A stretch of 64,000 nt of DNA, from positions 288,001-352,000 of the forward strand of contig CAVRAY010000002.1 of assembly GCA_963719225.1 (NCBI GenBank), in the 5' to 3' direction. The DNA comes from Thermoanaerobaculia bacterium. GTDB taxonomy: Bacteria; Acidobacteriota; Thermoanaerobaculia; UBA5066. The notes under the pieces were generated by a model, which was not told the origin of the DNA, searched no databases, and worked only from the letters and a program-made list of their open reading frames with translations. Shown here piece by piece: positions 51,395 through 62,304 of this stretch. Each line of letters begins with the position of its first letter. Within the stretch, counting starts at the first letter, position 1. Made by a program: the position numbers and the translations under genes.

Positions 51395-52273
51395 ATGGCG
51401 AACCTCATCGACATCCGGCGGCGGATCCGGAGCGTGAAGAACACGCAGCAGATCACGAAGGCCGTGAAGATGGTCGCCGCGTCGAAGCTGCGAAGGTCGC
51501 AGGATCGCGCCATCGCGTCGCGGCCCTACGCGACGACGCTCGAGGCGATCCTGCGTTCGGTCGCGTCGCGCATCCCGCCCAAGGAGGACGGGGCGCCGCT
51601 CCATCCGCTCCTCGCGACGCGCGAGGAGAAGAACGTCGTCCTGCTCGTCGTGAGCGGCGACAAGGGCCTCGCCGGCGGGTTCAACACGAACGTGAACCGG
51701 GCCGTCGGAGCGTTCCTGCGCGAAGCGAAAGGGCGCGGCGTCGAGAACGTGCGCCTCGTGACGCTCGGCAAGAAGGCGAACGACTTCTGGCGGCGCCGGC
51801 CGGTGGAGATCCTCGAGGCGCGGACGGGGCTCGCCGGGGTCGGCGCCGGGCCCGCCGCGGAGATCGCCAGGTCCCTCGCGGCGCGGTTCGTCTCGGGCGA
51901 GGCCGACGCCGTCTACGTCGTCTCGAACGAGTTCCGGAGCGCCATCTCGCAGGTCGTGAGGACGAAGAAGCTCCTTCCGATCGGGCTCGAGAGCGCCGCG
52001 GCCGCGCCCGCCGGGGTGGACTACCTCTACGAGCCGTCGCCCGAGGAGATCCTCGGGATCCTCCTGCCGCGCTTCCTCGAGTTCCAGATGTACCGGGTGG
52101 TCCTCGAGTCGCAGGCGGCGTTTTTCGCGGCGCAGATGACGGCGATGGACAGCGCCTCCAAGAACGCGGGCGACATGATCGATTCCCTGACGCTCATCTA
52201 CAACCGCGCGCGCCAGGCGCGCATCACGAAAGAGCTCATCGAGATCGTCTCGGGCGCGGCCGCGCTCGGGTGA
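51395..52273 (+). CDS. atpG: ATP synthase subunit gamma
   Basis: RRIRSVKNTQQITKA, DKGLAGGFN, NRARQARITKELIEIVSG. Confidence 0.97.
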   Translation: MANLIDIRRRIRSVKNTQQITKAVKMVAASKLRRSQDRAIASRPYATTLEAILRSVASRIPPKEDGAPLHPLLATREEKNVVLLVVSGDKGLAGGFNTNVNRAVGAFLREAKGRGVENVRLVTLGKKANDFWRRRPVEILEARTGLAGVGAGPAAEIARSLAARFVSGEADAVYVVSNEFRSAISQVVRTKKLLPIGLESAAAAPAGVDYLYEPSPEEILGILLPRFLEFQMYRVVLESQAAFFAAQMTAMDSASKNAGDMIDSLTLIYNRARQARITKELIEIVSGAAALG

Positions 52274-52284
52274 ATCAGGGGTAA

Positions 52285-53727
<1,443 letters not shown>

Positions 53728-53729
53728 CG

Positions 53730-54137
53730 TTGGAGGGGAAGCTCACGCTGACGGTCGTGACGCCGGAGCGCGCGCTGCTCCAGGACGTATCGTGCGACGA
53801 GGTCACACTGCCGGCGTGGCGCGGCGAGCTCGGCGTCCTGCCCGGGCACACGCCGCTCATCGCGCTGCTCGGAATCGGGGTCGTCGGATATCGCGACGGA
53901 GGCCGGCGCCAGACACTCGCCGTCCGCGGGGGATTCGTGGAGATCGCGGGCGACGCGGTGCGCATTCTCGCGGACGAGGCGGCGGCGCCGGAAGGCATCG
54001 ACGCGGCGAAGGCGTCTCAGGACAAGGCGGACGCGGAGAATCGGCGCGCGCATGCGGCGGGGGACGAGGAGCTGGACGCCGCGAACGCGGACGCCCGCTT
54101 CGCGGAAGCGCGCCTCTCGGTGCTCCGGCCGGCCTGA
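53730..54137 (+). CDS. atpC: ATP synthase subunit epsilon
   Basis: LTVVTPER, GELGVLPGHTPL, VRGGFVEI. Confidence 0.93.
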   Translation: MEGKLTLTVVTPERALLQDVSCDEVTLPAWRGELGVLPGHTPLIALLGIGVVGYRDGGRRQTLAVRGGFVEIAGDAVRILADEAAAPEGIDAAKASQDKADAENRRAHAAGDEELDAANADARFAEARLSVLRPA

Positions 54138-54174
54138 GTCGGAAGAGAGCGAAAGGCGCAGCCGACGACGTCTC

Positions 54175-54311
54175 CATGGGGAGCCGCAAACCCCGGCACG
54201 GGGCTTGCGACAGTGGGAGGCAGGGCCCGGTGAGCGCCGAAAGGGCGCGCCGGGTGAAACGAACACCTCCTGCCTCCTACCAGGGCTCCGCATGACGGAG
54301 CCCTCTTTTTT
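54175..54311 (+). ncRNA. Unidentified structured RNA, candidate riboswitch or attenuator
   Basis: Helices 54175-85/54284-94, 54186-95/54199-208, 54213-25/54268-80 and 54226-32/54248-54; overlaps an intrinsic terminator. Confidence 0.45.
54282..54311 (+). terminator. Intrinsic terminator after the atp operon
   Basis: AGGGCTCCG-CATGA-CGGAGCCCT followed by CTTTTTT. Confidence 0.85.
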
Positions 54312-54352
54312 CCCCCTATCATCGGTCCCCGGATGAACGCGAGAGAGCCGGC

Positions 54353-55144
54353 ATGATGCTCGAGCGCGATCCCTGGTACTCCCAGTGGTTCGGGGAGGAG
54401 TACCTCGCGCTCTATCCCGAGCGCGACGACCGCGAGGCGCGCCAGAAGGCGACGTTCGCCCGCGAGCTCCTCGCGCCGTTCGCGCGCATCGGCCGCATGC
54501 GCTTTCTGGATCTGGCCTGCGGGACGGGACGGCACGCCGTCGCGCTTCACGAGGGACTCGGCGGGGTCGTCGGACTCGACCTCAAGGGGCGCCTCCTGTC
54601 GCAGGCCCGAAAGAGGAGGGAGGGGCCGGGACGCCCGCTCTTTCTGCGCGCCGACATGCGGCAGCTTCCCTTCCGCGCGGGAACGTTCGGCGCGGCCGTG
54701 AACTTCTTCACGTCGTTCGGCTCCTTCGAGGATCCCGCAGAGGACGCACGTTTCGTGCGCGAGGTGGCGCGGGTCCTGGCGCCCGGGGGCGCATTTCTCT
54801 CGGACGTCTTCAATGCCGAGCGCGTCGTCTCGACTCTGGTCGTGCGCGAGGTGAAGACCGTGGCGGGCGAGCGCGTGAGCATCCGCCGACGGTACGATCC
54901 CTCGAGCAGGCGCGTGGAGAAGGAGATCGAGATGGGCTCGGGCGAAAAAAAGCGCCTCTTTTCGGAACGCGCCCGGGCCTACACGGAGTACGAGCTCCGG
55001 GGCTTTCACCGCGCGGCCTCTCTCACGGTGCGCGCGGCCTACGGCAACTTCGACGGATCGCCGTTCGACCGGCGGAAGTCGCCGCGCCTGATTCTTCTCG
55101 CCGTGAAGGGCGCGGCGAAGGCCCGCGCCGAGAGTGAGCGGTGA
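54353..55144 (+). CDS. SAM-dependent methyltransferase, likely bacillithiol N-methyltransferase (NmbA-like)
   Basis: WYSQWFGEEYLALYPERDDREA, LDLACGTGRH, ADMR, NFFTSFGSF; coupled to bshC. Confidence 0.75.
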   Translation: MMLERDPWYSQWFGEEYLALYPERDDREARQKATFARELLAPFARIGRMRFLDLACGTGRHAVALHEGLGGVVGLDLKGRLLSQARKRREGPGRPLFLRADMRQLPFRAGTFGAAVNFFTSFGSFEDPAEDARFVREVARVLAPGGAFLSDVFNAERVVSTLVVREVKTVAGERVSIRRRYDPSSRRVEKEIEMGSGEKKRLFSERARAYTEYELRGFHRAASLTVRAAYGNFDGSPFDRRKSPRLILLAVKGAAKARAESER

Positions 55145-56709
55145 CGACGATTCCGCTCGCGCGCCTTCCGGGGATCCCCGCCCTCGCGCGCGGCCTCGCG
55201 ACGGGTACGCCGGACGTTTCGGCGTTTCTCCCGGACCGGCCGGAGCTCGAGACGATCGTGGAGAGAGCCCGCGCGGTCCTCGCCGCGTTCCAGCCGCGGG
55301 TCGTGGCGCGCGATACCGAGCCGAGACTCGCGGCGCTCGCGTGTGGCGAAGCTTCCGCGGTGTTCGCGGGGCAGCAGGCGGGTCTCTTCGGCGGTCCGCT
55401 CCTCACTCTCGTGAAGGCGCTCGCCGCGGAAAAGCTCGCCGCCCACGTCGAGGGCGCGGGGACCGCCGCCCGGCCCGCCTTCTGGTGCGCATCCGAGGAC
55501 CACGACCTCGTGGAGGTCACGCGCCTCGTCCTGCCCGGTCCGGACGGCACGGTGGATGTCGGCCCCGACGCCTCCTCCCTCACGGAAAACAAATCGCCCG
55601 TCGGAACGCTCCCGGTCGGTGTCGAAACCGGGGCACTCGTCGCGAAAGCCGTGGCTTCTCTCGCCGTTCCGCCGGACGGAGAGGCGCTCGCCGCGCTGAC
55701 GGCCGCGCACGCGGGGAGGACTTTCTTCGAGGCTTTCTCGGTGACGCTCGGATGGCTCCTCGGCGGAACGGTCCCGATCGTCGACGCGGCCGACCCCGCC
55801 GACAAACCGGCCCTCGTGCCGCTCGCCTGTCGACTCGTGCGTGAGAGGGCCGCGGTCAAGAAGCTCCTGAAGGAGCGCGACGAGGCTCTCGAGGCCGCGG
55901 GCCATCCGCTTCAGGTCACGTCCGACCCCGCGGCCCTGCCGCTCTTCGCGCGCGTCGGGCGCGAGCGGCTTCTGCTTCTCGAGACGGGCTCGAAGATTTC
56001 TCTCAAGGGAGGCGAGGAGTCGTACGAAGCCGAGGAAGTCGTCGAGCGCTTTGAGAGCGGCGCCTGGCTGCCTTCCTTCTCGGCGCTCACGCGGCCGCTC
56101 GCCGCCTCCGTTCTTTTCCCCGTTGCCGCGACGGTCCTGGGTCCGGCCGAGATCGCGTACTGGGCCCAGGCCTGGCCCCTCTTCTCGTGGGCTGGAATCG
56201 TCCCGCCCGTGACGGTTCCGCGACCCATGGTGGCGCTGGTGCCGGCCGCGACGGCGCGCGTTCTCTCGAAGCTCGGTCTGTCTCTCGAGGACGTCCTCGC
56301 GGGCGAAGAGGCGATGCTCCGCAAGAAGGGTGCGGGAGAGGCGCAGCCGCTGCTGGAACGTCTCACGGCGATCCGGGAGAATGCGATCCGCGCGATCGAC
56401 GCCGAAGAGCCGGCGCTCCGTGCGATCGACTCCTCCCTTCAGAAGGCGGTCCGGACGACGCGCGAAAAGACGAGCTTCGCTCTCGAGAAGCTCGTCGAAA
56501 AGACCGCAGCGGCGGCGGGACGCGCGGACGAGCGGACGGCGGCGCAGGTGAAGAGGCTCGCGGAGGAGATTCTGCCGGGCGGCGTCCTCGCCGAGCGGGC
56601 GTACTCGGTGCTGCCCTACGTCCTCAAGTTCGGCCGCGAGGCGGTCGTGGGGGCGCTCCGCCGGGAGCTCCGCTGGAACGAGCCGGGTCTCCAGGTGATT
56701 CCGCTGTGA
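55141..56709 (+). CDS. bshC: Bacillithiol biosynthesis protein BshC
   Basis: GQQAGLFGGPL..LVKAL, FWCASEDHD..EV, LGPAEIAYWAQ, PGGVLAER. Confidence 0.9.
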   Translation: MTTIPLARLPGIPALARGLATGTPDVSAFLPDRPELETIVERARAVLAAFQPRVVARDTEPRLAALACGEASAVFAGQQAGLFGGPLLTLVKALAAEKLAAHVEGAGTAARPAFWCASEDHDLVEVTRLVLPGPDGTVDVGPDASSLTENKSPVGTLPVGVETGALVAKAVASLAVPPDGEALAALTAAHAGRTFFEAFSVTLGWLLGGTVPIVDAADPADKPALVPLACRLVRERAAVKKLLKERDEALEAAGHPLQVTSDPAALPLFARVGRERLLLLETGSKISLKGGEESYEAEEVVERFESGAWLPSFSALTRPLAASVLFPVAATVLGPAEIAYWAQAWPLFSWAGIVPPVTVPRPMVALVPAATARVLSKLGLSLEDVLAGEEAMLRKKGAGEAQPLLERLTAIRENAIRAIDAEEPALRAIDSSLQKAVRTTREKTSFALEKLVEKTAAAAGRADERTAAQVKRLAEEILPGGVLAERAYSVLPYVLKFGREAVVGALRRELRWNEPGLQVIPL

Positions 56710-56738
56710 AGGTCACACCCGTCGACGTCCTCGGCTCG

Positions 56739-56777
56739 CCGGGGGGCTTGCCTTCGGGCGCCCCCCGGGCCCCCCGC
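56739..56777. repeat. Short G/C-run hairpin repeat, copy B
   Basis: CCGGGGGGCTTGCCTTCGGGCGCCCCCCGGGCCCCCCGC between bshC and bshB1. Confidence 0.7.
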
Positions 56778-56797
56778 CGAAGAGGCTGGAGGAAGAC

Positions 56798-57535
56798 GTG
56801 AACATTCAGGAAGTCGACGTCCTCGCCTTCTCGCCGCATCCCGACGATGTCGAGCTCGGGTGCGGCGGAACGCTCGCGTCCCTTTCGGCCCGCGGGCTGA
56901 GCTTCGGAATCGTGGACCTCACGCGCGGCGAGATGGGTACGCGCGGGACGGCGGACGTCCGGGCCGCGGAGGCCGCCGAGGCCGCGCGGATCCTCGGGGC
57001 GCGCTTCCGCGAGACGCTCGACCTCGGGGACGGCGGCCTCAGGACGGACCGCGCGGCCGAGCTCCGGGTCGTCGAGGCCGTCCGCCGGGCGCGGCCGCGC
57101 GTCGTCCTTGCGCCGCTTCCCACGGATCGCCATCCGGATCACGCGCGCGCGGGCCGCCTCGTCCCGGAGGCGGCCTGGTACGCGGGCCTCGGGAAGCTCG
57201 AGGCCGGCCTCCCGCCGCACCGCCCCGACCAGGTCCTGTTCTATGCGACGTACGTTCTCGTGATGCCGACGTTTCTGGTGGACGTTTCGCCCACGTTCGC
57301 GACGAAATTGGCCGCCGTTCGCGCGTATCGCAGCCAGTTCCACGACCCGAACTCCGGCGAGCCGGAGACGTATGTCTCTTCGAAGGGCTTCTTCGACGGG
57401 ATCGAGGCGCGCGCGCGGGCGCTCGGGAGGATTGCGAACGTGGACTACGCGGAAGGCTTCGTCTCGAACGCGCCCCCGACGCTCGCGGACCCTGTCGCCG
57501 CGTTTCGCGGGTACGAGGGCGGGAGGAGAACGTGA
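56798..57535 (+). CDS. bshB1: Bacillithiol deacetylase BshB1
   Basis: PHPDDVELGCGG, DLTRGEMGTRG, DRHPDH, YRSQF. Confidence 0.92.
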   Translation: MNIQEVDVLAFSPHPDDVELGCGGTLASLSARGLSFGIVDLTRGEMGTRGTADVRAAEAAEAARILGARFRETLDLGDGGLRTDRAAELRVVEAVRRARPRVVLAPLPTDRHPDHARAGRLVPEAAWYAGLGKLEAGLPPHRPDQVLFYATYVLVMPTFLVDVSPTFATKLAAVRAYRSQFHDPNSGEPETYVSSKGFFDGIEARARALGRIANVDYAEGFVSNAPPTLADPVAAFRGYEGGRRT

Positions 57536-58653
57536 AGATCGGCATCACGTGCTATCCCACGTTCGGCGGCTCCGGCGTCGTCGCGACGGAGCTCGGGCAC
57601 GAGCTTGCGCGGCGCGGGCACGACGTGCACTTCCTCAGCTACGCGTTGCCGTCGCGCCTGAACGTCTTCGCAGACCGCGTGACGTACCACGAGGTCTCGG
57701 TGCCCTCGTACCCGCTCTTCCAGTACGCGCCATACGACCTCGCGCTGGCAACGCGGCTGGTCGACGTCGCTCTTCACGAGGGGCTCGACCTCGTCCATGC
57801 CCACTACGCCCTGCCGCACGCGATCTCGGCTCATCTCGCGCGCGAGATGCTCGCCCCGCGTCGGCTCGGCCTCGTGACGACCCTGCACGGCACGGACGTG
57901 ACGATCGTCGGGCAGGACCGGTCGTATCTGCCGATCACGCGTTTCGGCATCGAGAAGTCCGACGTCGTCACCGCCGTTTCCGAGCATCTCCGGAAAGTCA
58001 CGATCGAGGTCTTCCAGCCGAAGAAGGAGATCGAGGTCGTGCCGAACTTCATCGACCCCGATCGCTGGACTCCGGAATCGTCGAAGCTGGCGTGCCGCTT
58101 CGTGCCCGCCGGACGAAAGGTCCTCCTGCACGTTTCGAATTTCCGGCCGGTGAAGCGCGTTCTGGACGTCGTCGAGATCTTCGATCGCCTGCGGCAACGC
58201 GTCCCGGCGACGCTCGTCATGATCGGCGACGGCCCCGATCGCCCGGCCGCCGAGGCGCTCTGCCGCGAGAAGGGCATCGCGTCCTCCGTCTCGTTCCTCG
58301 GGAACATGCCCGCGCTCGAGGCCGTGATGCCTGCCGCGGACCTCTACCTCCTGCCGACCAACTCGGAGTCCTTCGGGCTCTCGGCCCTCGAGGCGCAGGC
58401 CTGCGGGGTCCCCGTCCTCGGATATGCCGTGGGCGGTCTGCCCGAAGTCATCGTGCACGGCGAGACCGGCTTTCTTCGCGAGGTGGGCGACATCGGGGGC
58501 CTCGCCGAGGACGGCGCGAACCTCCTGCAGGACGACACGCGCTACGCGGCGATGTCCCGCGCCTCCCGCGAACGGGCGATCCGCCTCTTCGACGCCCACA
58601 CGATGGTGTCGCGCTATCTCGCGCTGTACGAGAGGGTCCTCGCGGCAGCCTGA
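57532..58653 (+). CDS. bshA: N-acetylglucosaminyl-malate synthase BshA
   Basis: KIGITCYPTFGGSGVVATELG, HYALPHA, TTLHGTD, SNFRPVKR, ESFGLSALEA. Confidence 0.95.
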   Translation: MKIGITCYPTFGGSGVVATELGHELARRGHDVHFLSYALPSRLNVFADRVTYHEVSVPSYPLFQYAPYDLALATRLVDVALHEGLDLVHAHYALPHAISAHLAREMLAPRRLGLVTTLHGTDVTIVGQDRSYLPITRFGIEKSDVVTAVSEHLRKVTIEVFQPKKEIEVVPNFIDPDRWTPESSKLACRFVPAGRKVLLHVSNFRPVKRVLDVVEIFDRLRQRVPATLVMIGDGPDRPAAEALCREKGIASSVSFLGNMPALEAVMPAADLYLLPTNSESFGLSALEAQACGVPVLGYAVGGLPEVIVHGETGFLREVGDIGGLAEDGANLLQDDTRYAAMSRASRERAIRLFDAHTMVSRYLALYERVLAAA

Positions 58654-59609
58654 CGAGAGGTGGCCGCGCAGCGTGCGAGCTCTTTTCCCGTGACGCCCCA
58701 CGACGCGGCGCGGCGGTACTCCCCGGCGAGCGTCGTTCCGAAAAGGCCGGGATCGTCCGTCGAGAGCGACACCCGCATTCCGGCGAGAAGCATCCGGCGG
58801 AGCGGGTGCTCCCGGCCGCGCGAAACGGCGCCTGTCCTCAGGTTCGACGTCGGGCAGACGTCGCATACGATGCCTCCCTTCACGAGCTCCTTCACGAGGC
58901 CCGGGTCCTCGACCGCCCGGATGCCGTGCGCGATCCGCACGGGCTGAAGGAAGCGCAAGGCGTCCGCGACCGACTCCGGCCCCGCCCATTCGCCCGCGTG
59001 CACGACGGGGAAGAGACCCGCTCTCCGCCCTCGCCGATACACGTCCCGGAAGTCGCGCGCGGGGCAGGCCGTCTCGTCCCCGCCGAGGCCGAAGCCCACG
59101 ACACGCGCCCATGGCCTCTCGGCGTGCAGATCGAGGACGCGTGCGGCAGACTCCGGTCCCCAGTGCCGCACGAGATCGAGGAGGATCCGAATGCGGCCGC
59201 GGCCTTTTTCTTCGTGCTCGAGAAAGACGGTCTCCAGCGCGGCTTCGACGGCGAACCAGTCCAGGCCGAGCTTCTCCACGACGGCCGGCGAGACCGTGAC
59301 CTCGGCCCACCGGACGTTCTCCCGGACGAGGCGCGACACCAGCCCCCGCGCGACGAGCGCGTAGTCCGCCGGGCTTCGAAGCAGCCGGCAGACGTCGCGG
59401 TAAAAGTCGAAGAAGGCCTCCTTCGATAAGAGGGTGCGCCGCCGCGCGCGAACGGACGCGAGATCGGGGAAGATGGGATCCGAAGAGCGGGACGAGAGGC
59501 CGACGAGATCGGCCGCCCGGGCGGCTCCCTCGAGGTGCAGGTGAAGCTCCACTTTCGGCGCTGGGACGAATCGGCGGAGGAAGGCGAGGGCGTCTCGTCC
59601 GGGAATCAC
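58614..59609 (-). CDS. Adenosine/adenine deaminase family protein
   Basis: PKVELHLHLEG, HAGE, RIAHG, CPTSN, STDDP; TACGAT-N8-GTG. Confidence 0.9.
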   Translation of the reverse strand: MIPGRDALAFLRRFVPAPKVELHLHLEGAARAADLVGLSSRSSDPIFPDLASVRARRRTLLSKEAFFDFYRDVCRLLRSPADYALVARGLVSRLVRENVRWAEVTVSPAVVEKLGLDWFAVEAALETVFLEHEEKGRGRIRILLDLVRHWGPESAARVLDLHAERPWARVVGFGLGGDETACPARDFRDVYRRGRRAGLFPVVHAGEWAGPESVADALRFLQPVRIAHGIRAVEDPGLVKELVKGGIVCDVCPTSNLRTGAVSRGREHPLRRMLLAGMRVSLSTDDPGLFGTTLAGEYRRAASWGVTGKELARCAATSRQAAARTLSYSAR

Positions 59610-60068
59610 GCGCGCACATCGTACGAGAGGCCGTTCGAAACCGGGCCGGTCCCCCTCGGCACGCCCCCGAAAGACAGGCTCTGGATACGCGCCGCGGCGT
59701 TCGGCGTGGACTTGATCCTCGTGGCGGGCCTCCCGCTTCTCCTCGCGTCGGTGATCGTCTTCTGCGTCCACGCGTCCTCGCCAGAAGCGCCGGCAGGCCT
59801 CGACGACGGCTACCGGGCGGCCCAGGTGCTGGCGCTCGGCCTCTTCCTCTTCCGCGATGCCGTCGGCGGTAGCCCCGGCAAGAAGCTGTTCGGGTTGCGC
59901 CTCATCCTTCCGGGCGGGGAAAGGGCTGGCGGCCTCCAATCCGTCCTCAGAAACCTTCCCCTTCTCGTTCCCGGGTGGAATCTCGTTGAGCTGGCGTCAC
60001 TTCTGCGTCGCCGGGACGGGCGGCGGCCCGGCGACCGGCTGGCGAGGACGCTGCTCGTCGAAACCTGA
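59541..60068 (+). CDS. RDD family membrane protein (start uncertain)
   Basis: RAAAFGVD, GSPGKKLFGLR, LRN, RPGDRLARTLLV. Confidence 0.8.
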   Translation: MKLHFRRWDESAEEGEGVSSGNHARTSYERPFETGPVPLGTPPKDRLWIRAAAFGVDLILVAGLPLLLASVIVFCVHASSPEAPAGLDDGYRAAQVLALGLFLFRDAVGGSPGKKLFGLRLILPGGERAGGLQSVLRNLPLLVPGWNLVELASLLRRRDGRRPGDRLARTLLVET

Positions 60069-60126
60069 AGAGCGCCGGGCGAAACTTTCGACCCGGCACC
60101 GCCGTTCTTTAGGGTGGGAGCACCGA

Positions 60127-60951
60127 ATGTCCGAGAATCGATCCAACATCCCCGCGAGGAGGACCCGGCTCTTCCCGGCCCTTTGCGCCCTGGGCATCCT
60201 CCTCGCTCCGGGCCTCAGGGCCGAGGACGCGACCCAGGAGCGGTTCGAGAAGAAGTACGACCTCGCGGGCATCCGCAAAGTCAGGATCCAGAACGTGAAC
60301 GGTCCGATCCAGATCGAGTCGGGGGGCGACCAGCTCCACGTCGTGGCGGTCAAGAAAGTGAAGTCGGCATCCGACTCCGATCTCCTCAAGGACACCGAGA
60401 TCCGGGTGACGAAGTCCGGAAGCCTGATCGAGGTGGAGTCGATCCTCCCGAAGCGCGGGGGGTTCTTCCAGTGGTCGTTCTTCGGACGCGCCAGCGCGGC
60501 GGACGTCTCGTACCAGATCACGCTGCCCGCCGCGCTCGCGCTCGAAGCCGAGACGGTGAACGGCCGTCTCGCGGCCACGAACCGCGCGGGCGACCTCGTC
60601 CTGTCGACGGTCAACGGCGGAGTCCGCGTGGACGGCCACGACGGGCCGCTGAAGGTGAACACCGTCAACGGCTCGGTCGAGGTCTCGTTCGCCGGCCCGA
60701 TGCGCCAGGCGAGCCTCGAAACCGTCAACGGCTCGGTCACCGTCACGTGTGCGCGCGAGTCGTCCATTCGCTGCACGCTCCAGACGACGAATGGGCGCAT
60801 CCAGTCGCAGTTTCCGGAAGTCACGGTCGAGGGCAAGTGGGGCCCGAAAGAGGCTCGCGGCGCGATCAACGGCGGCCGGGAAAGCCTCGCGGTCGAGACC
60901 GTGAACGGAGACGTGCGCCTCTTCGTGGCCGACGCGGCGGTGAAGAAGTAG
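60127..60951 (+). CDS. DUF4097 (putative adhesin) beta-strand repeat protein
   Basis: Signal peptide; repeated TVNG.V units. Confidence 0.85.
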   Translation: MSENRSNIPARRTRLFPALCALGILLAPGLRAEDATQERFEKKYDLAGIRKVRIQNVNGPIQIESGGDQLHVVAVKKVKSASDSDLLKDTEIRVTKSGSLIEVESILPKRGGFFQWSFFGRASAADVSYQITLPAALALEAETVNGRLAATNRAGDLVLSTVNGGVRVDGHDGPLKVNTVNGSVEVSFAGPMRQASLETVNGSVTVTCARESSIRCTLQTTNGRIQSQFPEVTVEGKWGPKEARGAINGGRESLAVETVNGDVRLFVADAAVKK

Positions 60952-60982
60952 CCGCCTGCGGCTCCCCTCGGGCGAAAAGAAG

Positions 60983-61067
<85 letters not shown>

Positions 61068-61102
61068 ACGGTGCCGCGAGGGACGGGGATTCTAACCGAA
61101 AA

Positions 61103-61474
61103 CTATTTCGTGGCAGGAGGCACGGGAGCCGGGACCGAAGGCGCCGTGCCCGCCGGAGGGGCCGGAACGCCGGCCGAGGCGGGCGCCGGGACGGCGGCCT
61201 TGGCCGGGGCGGAGGCCTTCGCCTTCGCGAGGACCGACGACCTCGGCCGGGCCTGGATCAGCGAGATCACGACCGCGAGGATGGAGAACGCGACGAACGA
61301 CCAGGTCGTGATCTTCTCGAGGAGCGTCGTGGCGCCGCGCGCGCCGAAAGTCGTCTGGGAAGAGGATGCGCCGAAGGCGGCCGACACGTCGGCCCCCTTT
61401 CCCTGCTGGAGAAGGACGACGAGGATCAAAAAGACGCAGACGATGACGTAAATGGGCACGAGGACGTAGATCAT
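61103..61474 (-). CDS. secG: Preprotein translocase subunit SecG
   Basis: LVVLLQQGKGADVSAAFG..SQTTFGARGA..LEKIT; tpiA-secG-tRNA-Leu order. Confidence 0.95.
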   Translation of the reverse strand: MIYVLVPIYVIVCVFLILVVLLQQGKGADVSAAFGASSSQTTFGARGATTLLEKITTWSFVAFSILAVVISLIQARPRSSVLAKAKASAPAKAAVPAPASAGVPAPPAGTAPSVPAPVPPATK

Positions 61475-61539
61475 TTCGGTGATGCTCCGGACCCCCGGGG
61501 ACGGGCCCGGGGGGCCGGAGATGATAGCGGAATCTCCGG

Positions 61540-62304
61540 TCAGACGCTCGGCGCGGCCGCGGCGGCAAGGAGCAAGGCGGTGTCGGAGGCCGAAAGGGAG
61601 GCGCCCCCGACGAGGCCGCCGTCCACCTCGACTTTCGCGAAGAGTCCCCGTGCGGTCCCGGGCGAAACGGAGCCTCCGTAGAGAATCCGCGTCGTCCGGG
61701 CGGCCGGCTCGCCGAAGCGGGCGGCAAGCTCTCCGCGGAGGTGTGCATGGGCGGCGGCGGCCGTTTCAGGCGTCGCGGCAAGTCCCGTCCCGATGGCCCA
61801 GACGGGCTCGTAGGCGAGCGCGAGACCGGGAGGAGGCGCGGCGAACGCGTCGAGCGCCGCGAGCTGGGCCCGAAGGACGTCCTGGGTGCGCCCTTCCTCA
61901 CGTTCTCTTCGCGTCTCTCCGACACAGTAGAGCGGGGCGAGCCCTTCCTCCGAAAGCCTGGCCATCTTGCGCGCGAAGTCCGCCTCGCGCTCTCCCCTGA
62001 GGAGGCGCCTTTCGCTGTGGCCCACGAGCACGAGCGAAACGCCGGCGTCCTTCAGCATCGCGGCGGAGACCTCTCCCGTGAACGCGCCCTCACGCTCGAG
62101 GTACACGTCCTGGGCCGCGAGCGCGATGCCGGTTCCGAGGAGGGCCTCGCGAACCCGATCGAGCGCCGGGAACGAGGGGGCGATCGCGACGTCGACGTCG
62201 GCAGGTCGCGCGAGAGCGGCGATCGCGCGCGCCAGCAGCGCGGCGGCCGACGGCGTGCGCGTCATCTTCCAGTTCGCGACGAAAAGGCGCCGGCGCTCCC
62301 TCAC
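61540..62304 (-). CDS. tpiA: Triosephosphate isomerase
   Basis: [42 protein letters not shown]. Confidence 0.97.
   Translation of the reverse strand: MRERRRLFVANWKMTRTPSAAALLARAIAALARPADVDVAIAPSFPALDRVREALLGTGIALAAQDVYLEREGAFTGEVSAAMLKDAGVSLVLVGHSERRLLRGEREADFARKMARLSEEGLAPLYCVGETRREREEGRTQDVLRAQLAALDAFAAPPPGLALAYEPVWAIGTGLAATPETAAAAHAHLRGELAARFGEPAARTTRILYGGSVSPGTARGLFAKVEVDGGLVGGASLSASDTALLLAAAAAPSV

Noticed and set aside
54183-54240. Resemblance to SAM-I (GGGCCCGGTGA) or c-di-GMP-I (GCAAACC) riboswitches
   Set aside because: Other invariant elements (SAM-I P1 and GCAAC; c-di-GMP-I GACGCAAAG) are missing.
60550-60912. Regularly spaced AC(C/G)GT(C/G)AACGG repeats as a CRISPR array
   Set aside because: They encode in-frame TVNG repeats of the DUF4097 protein; too short and no cas genes.
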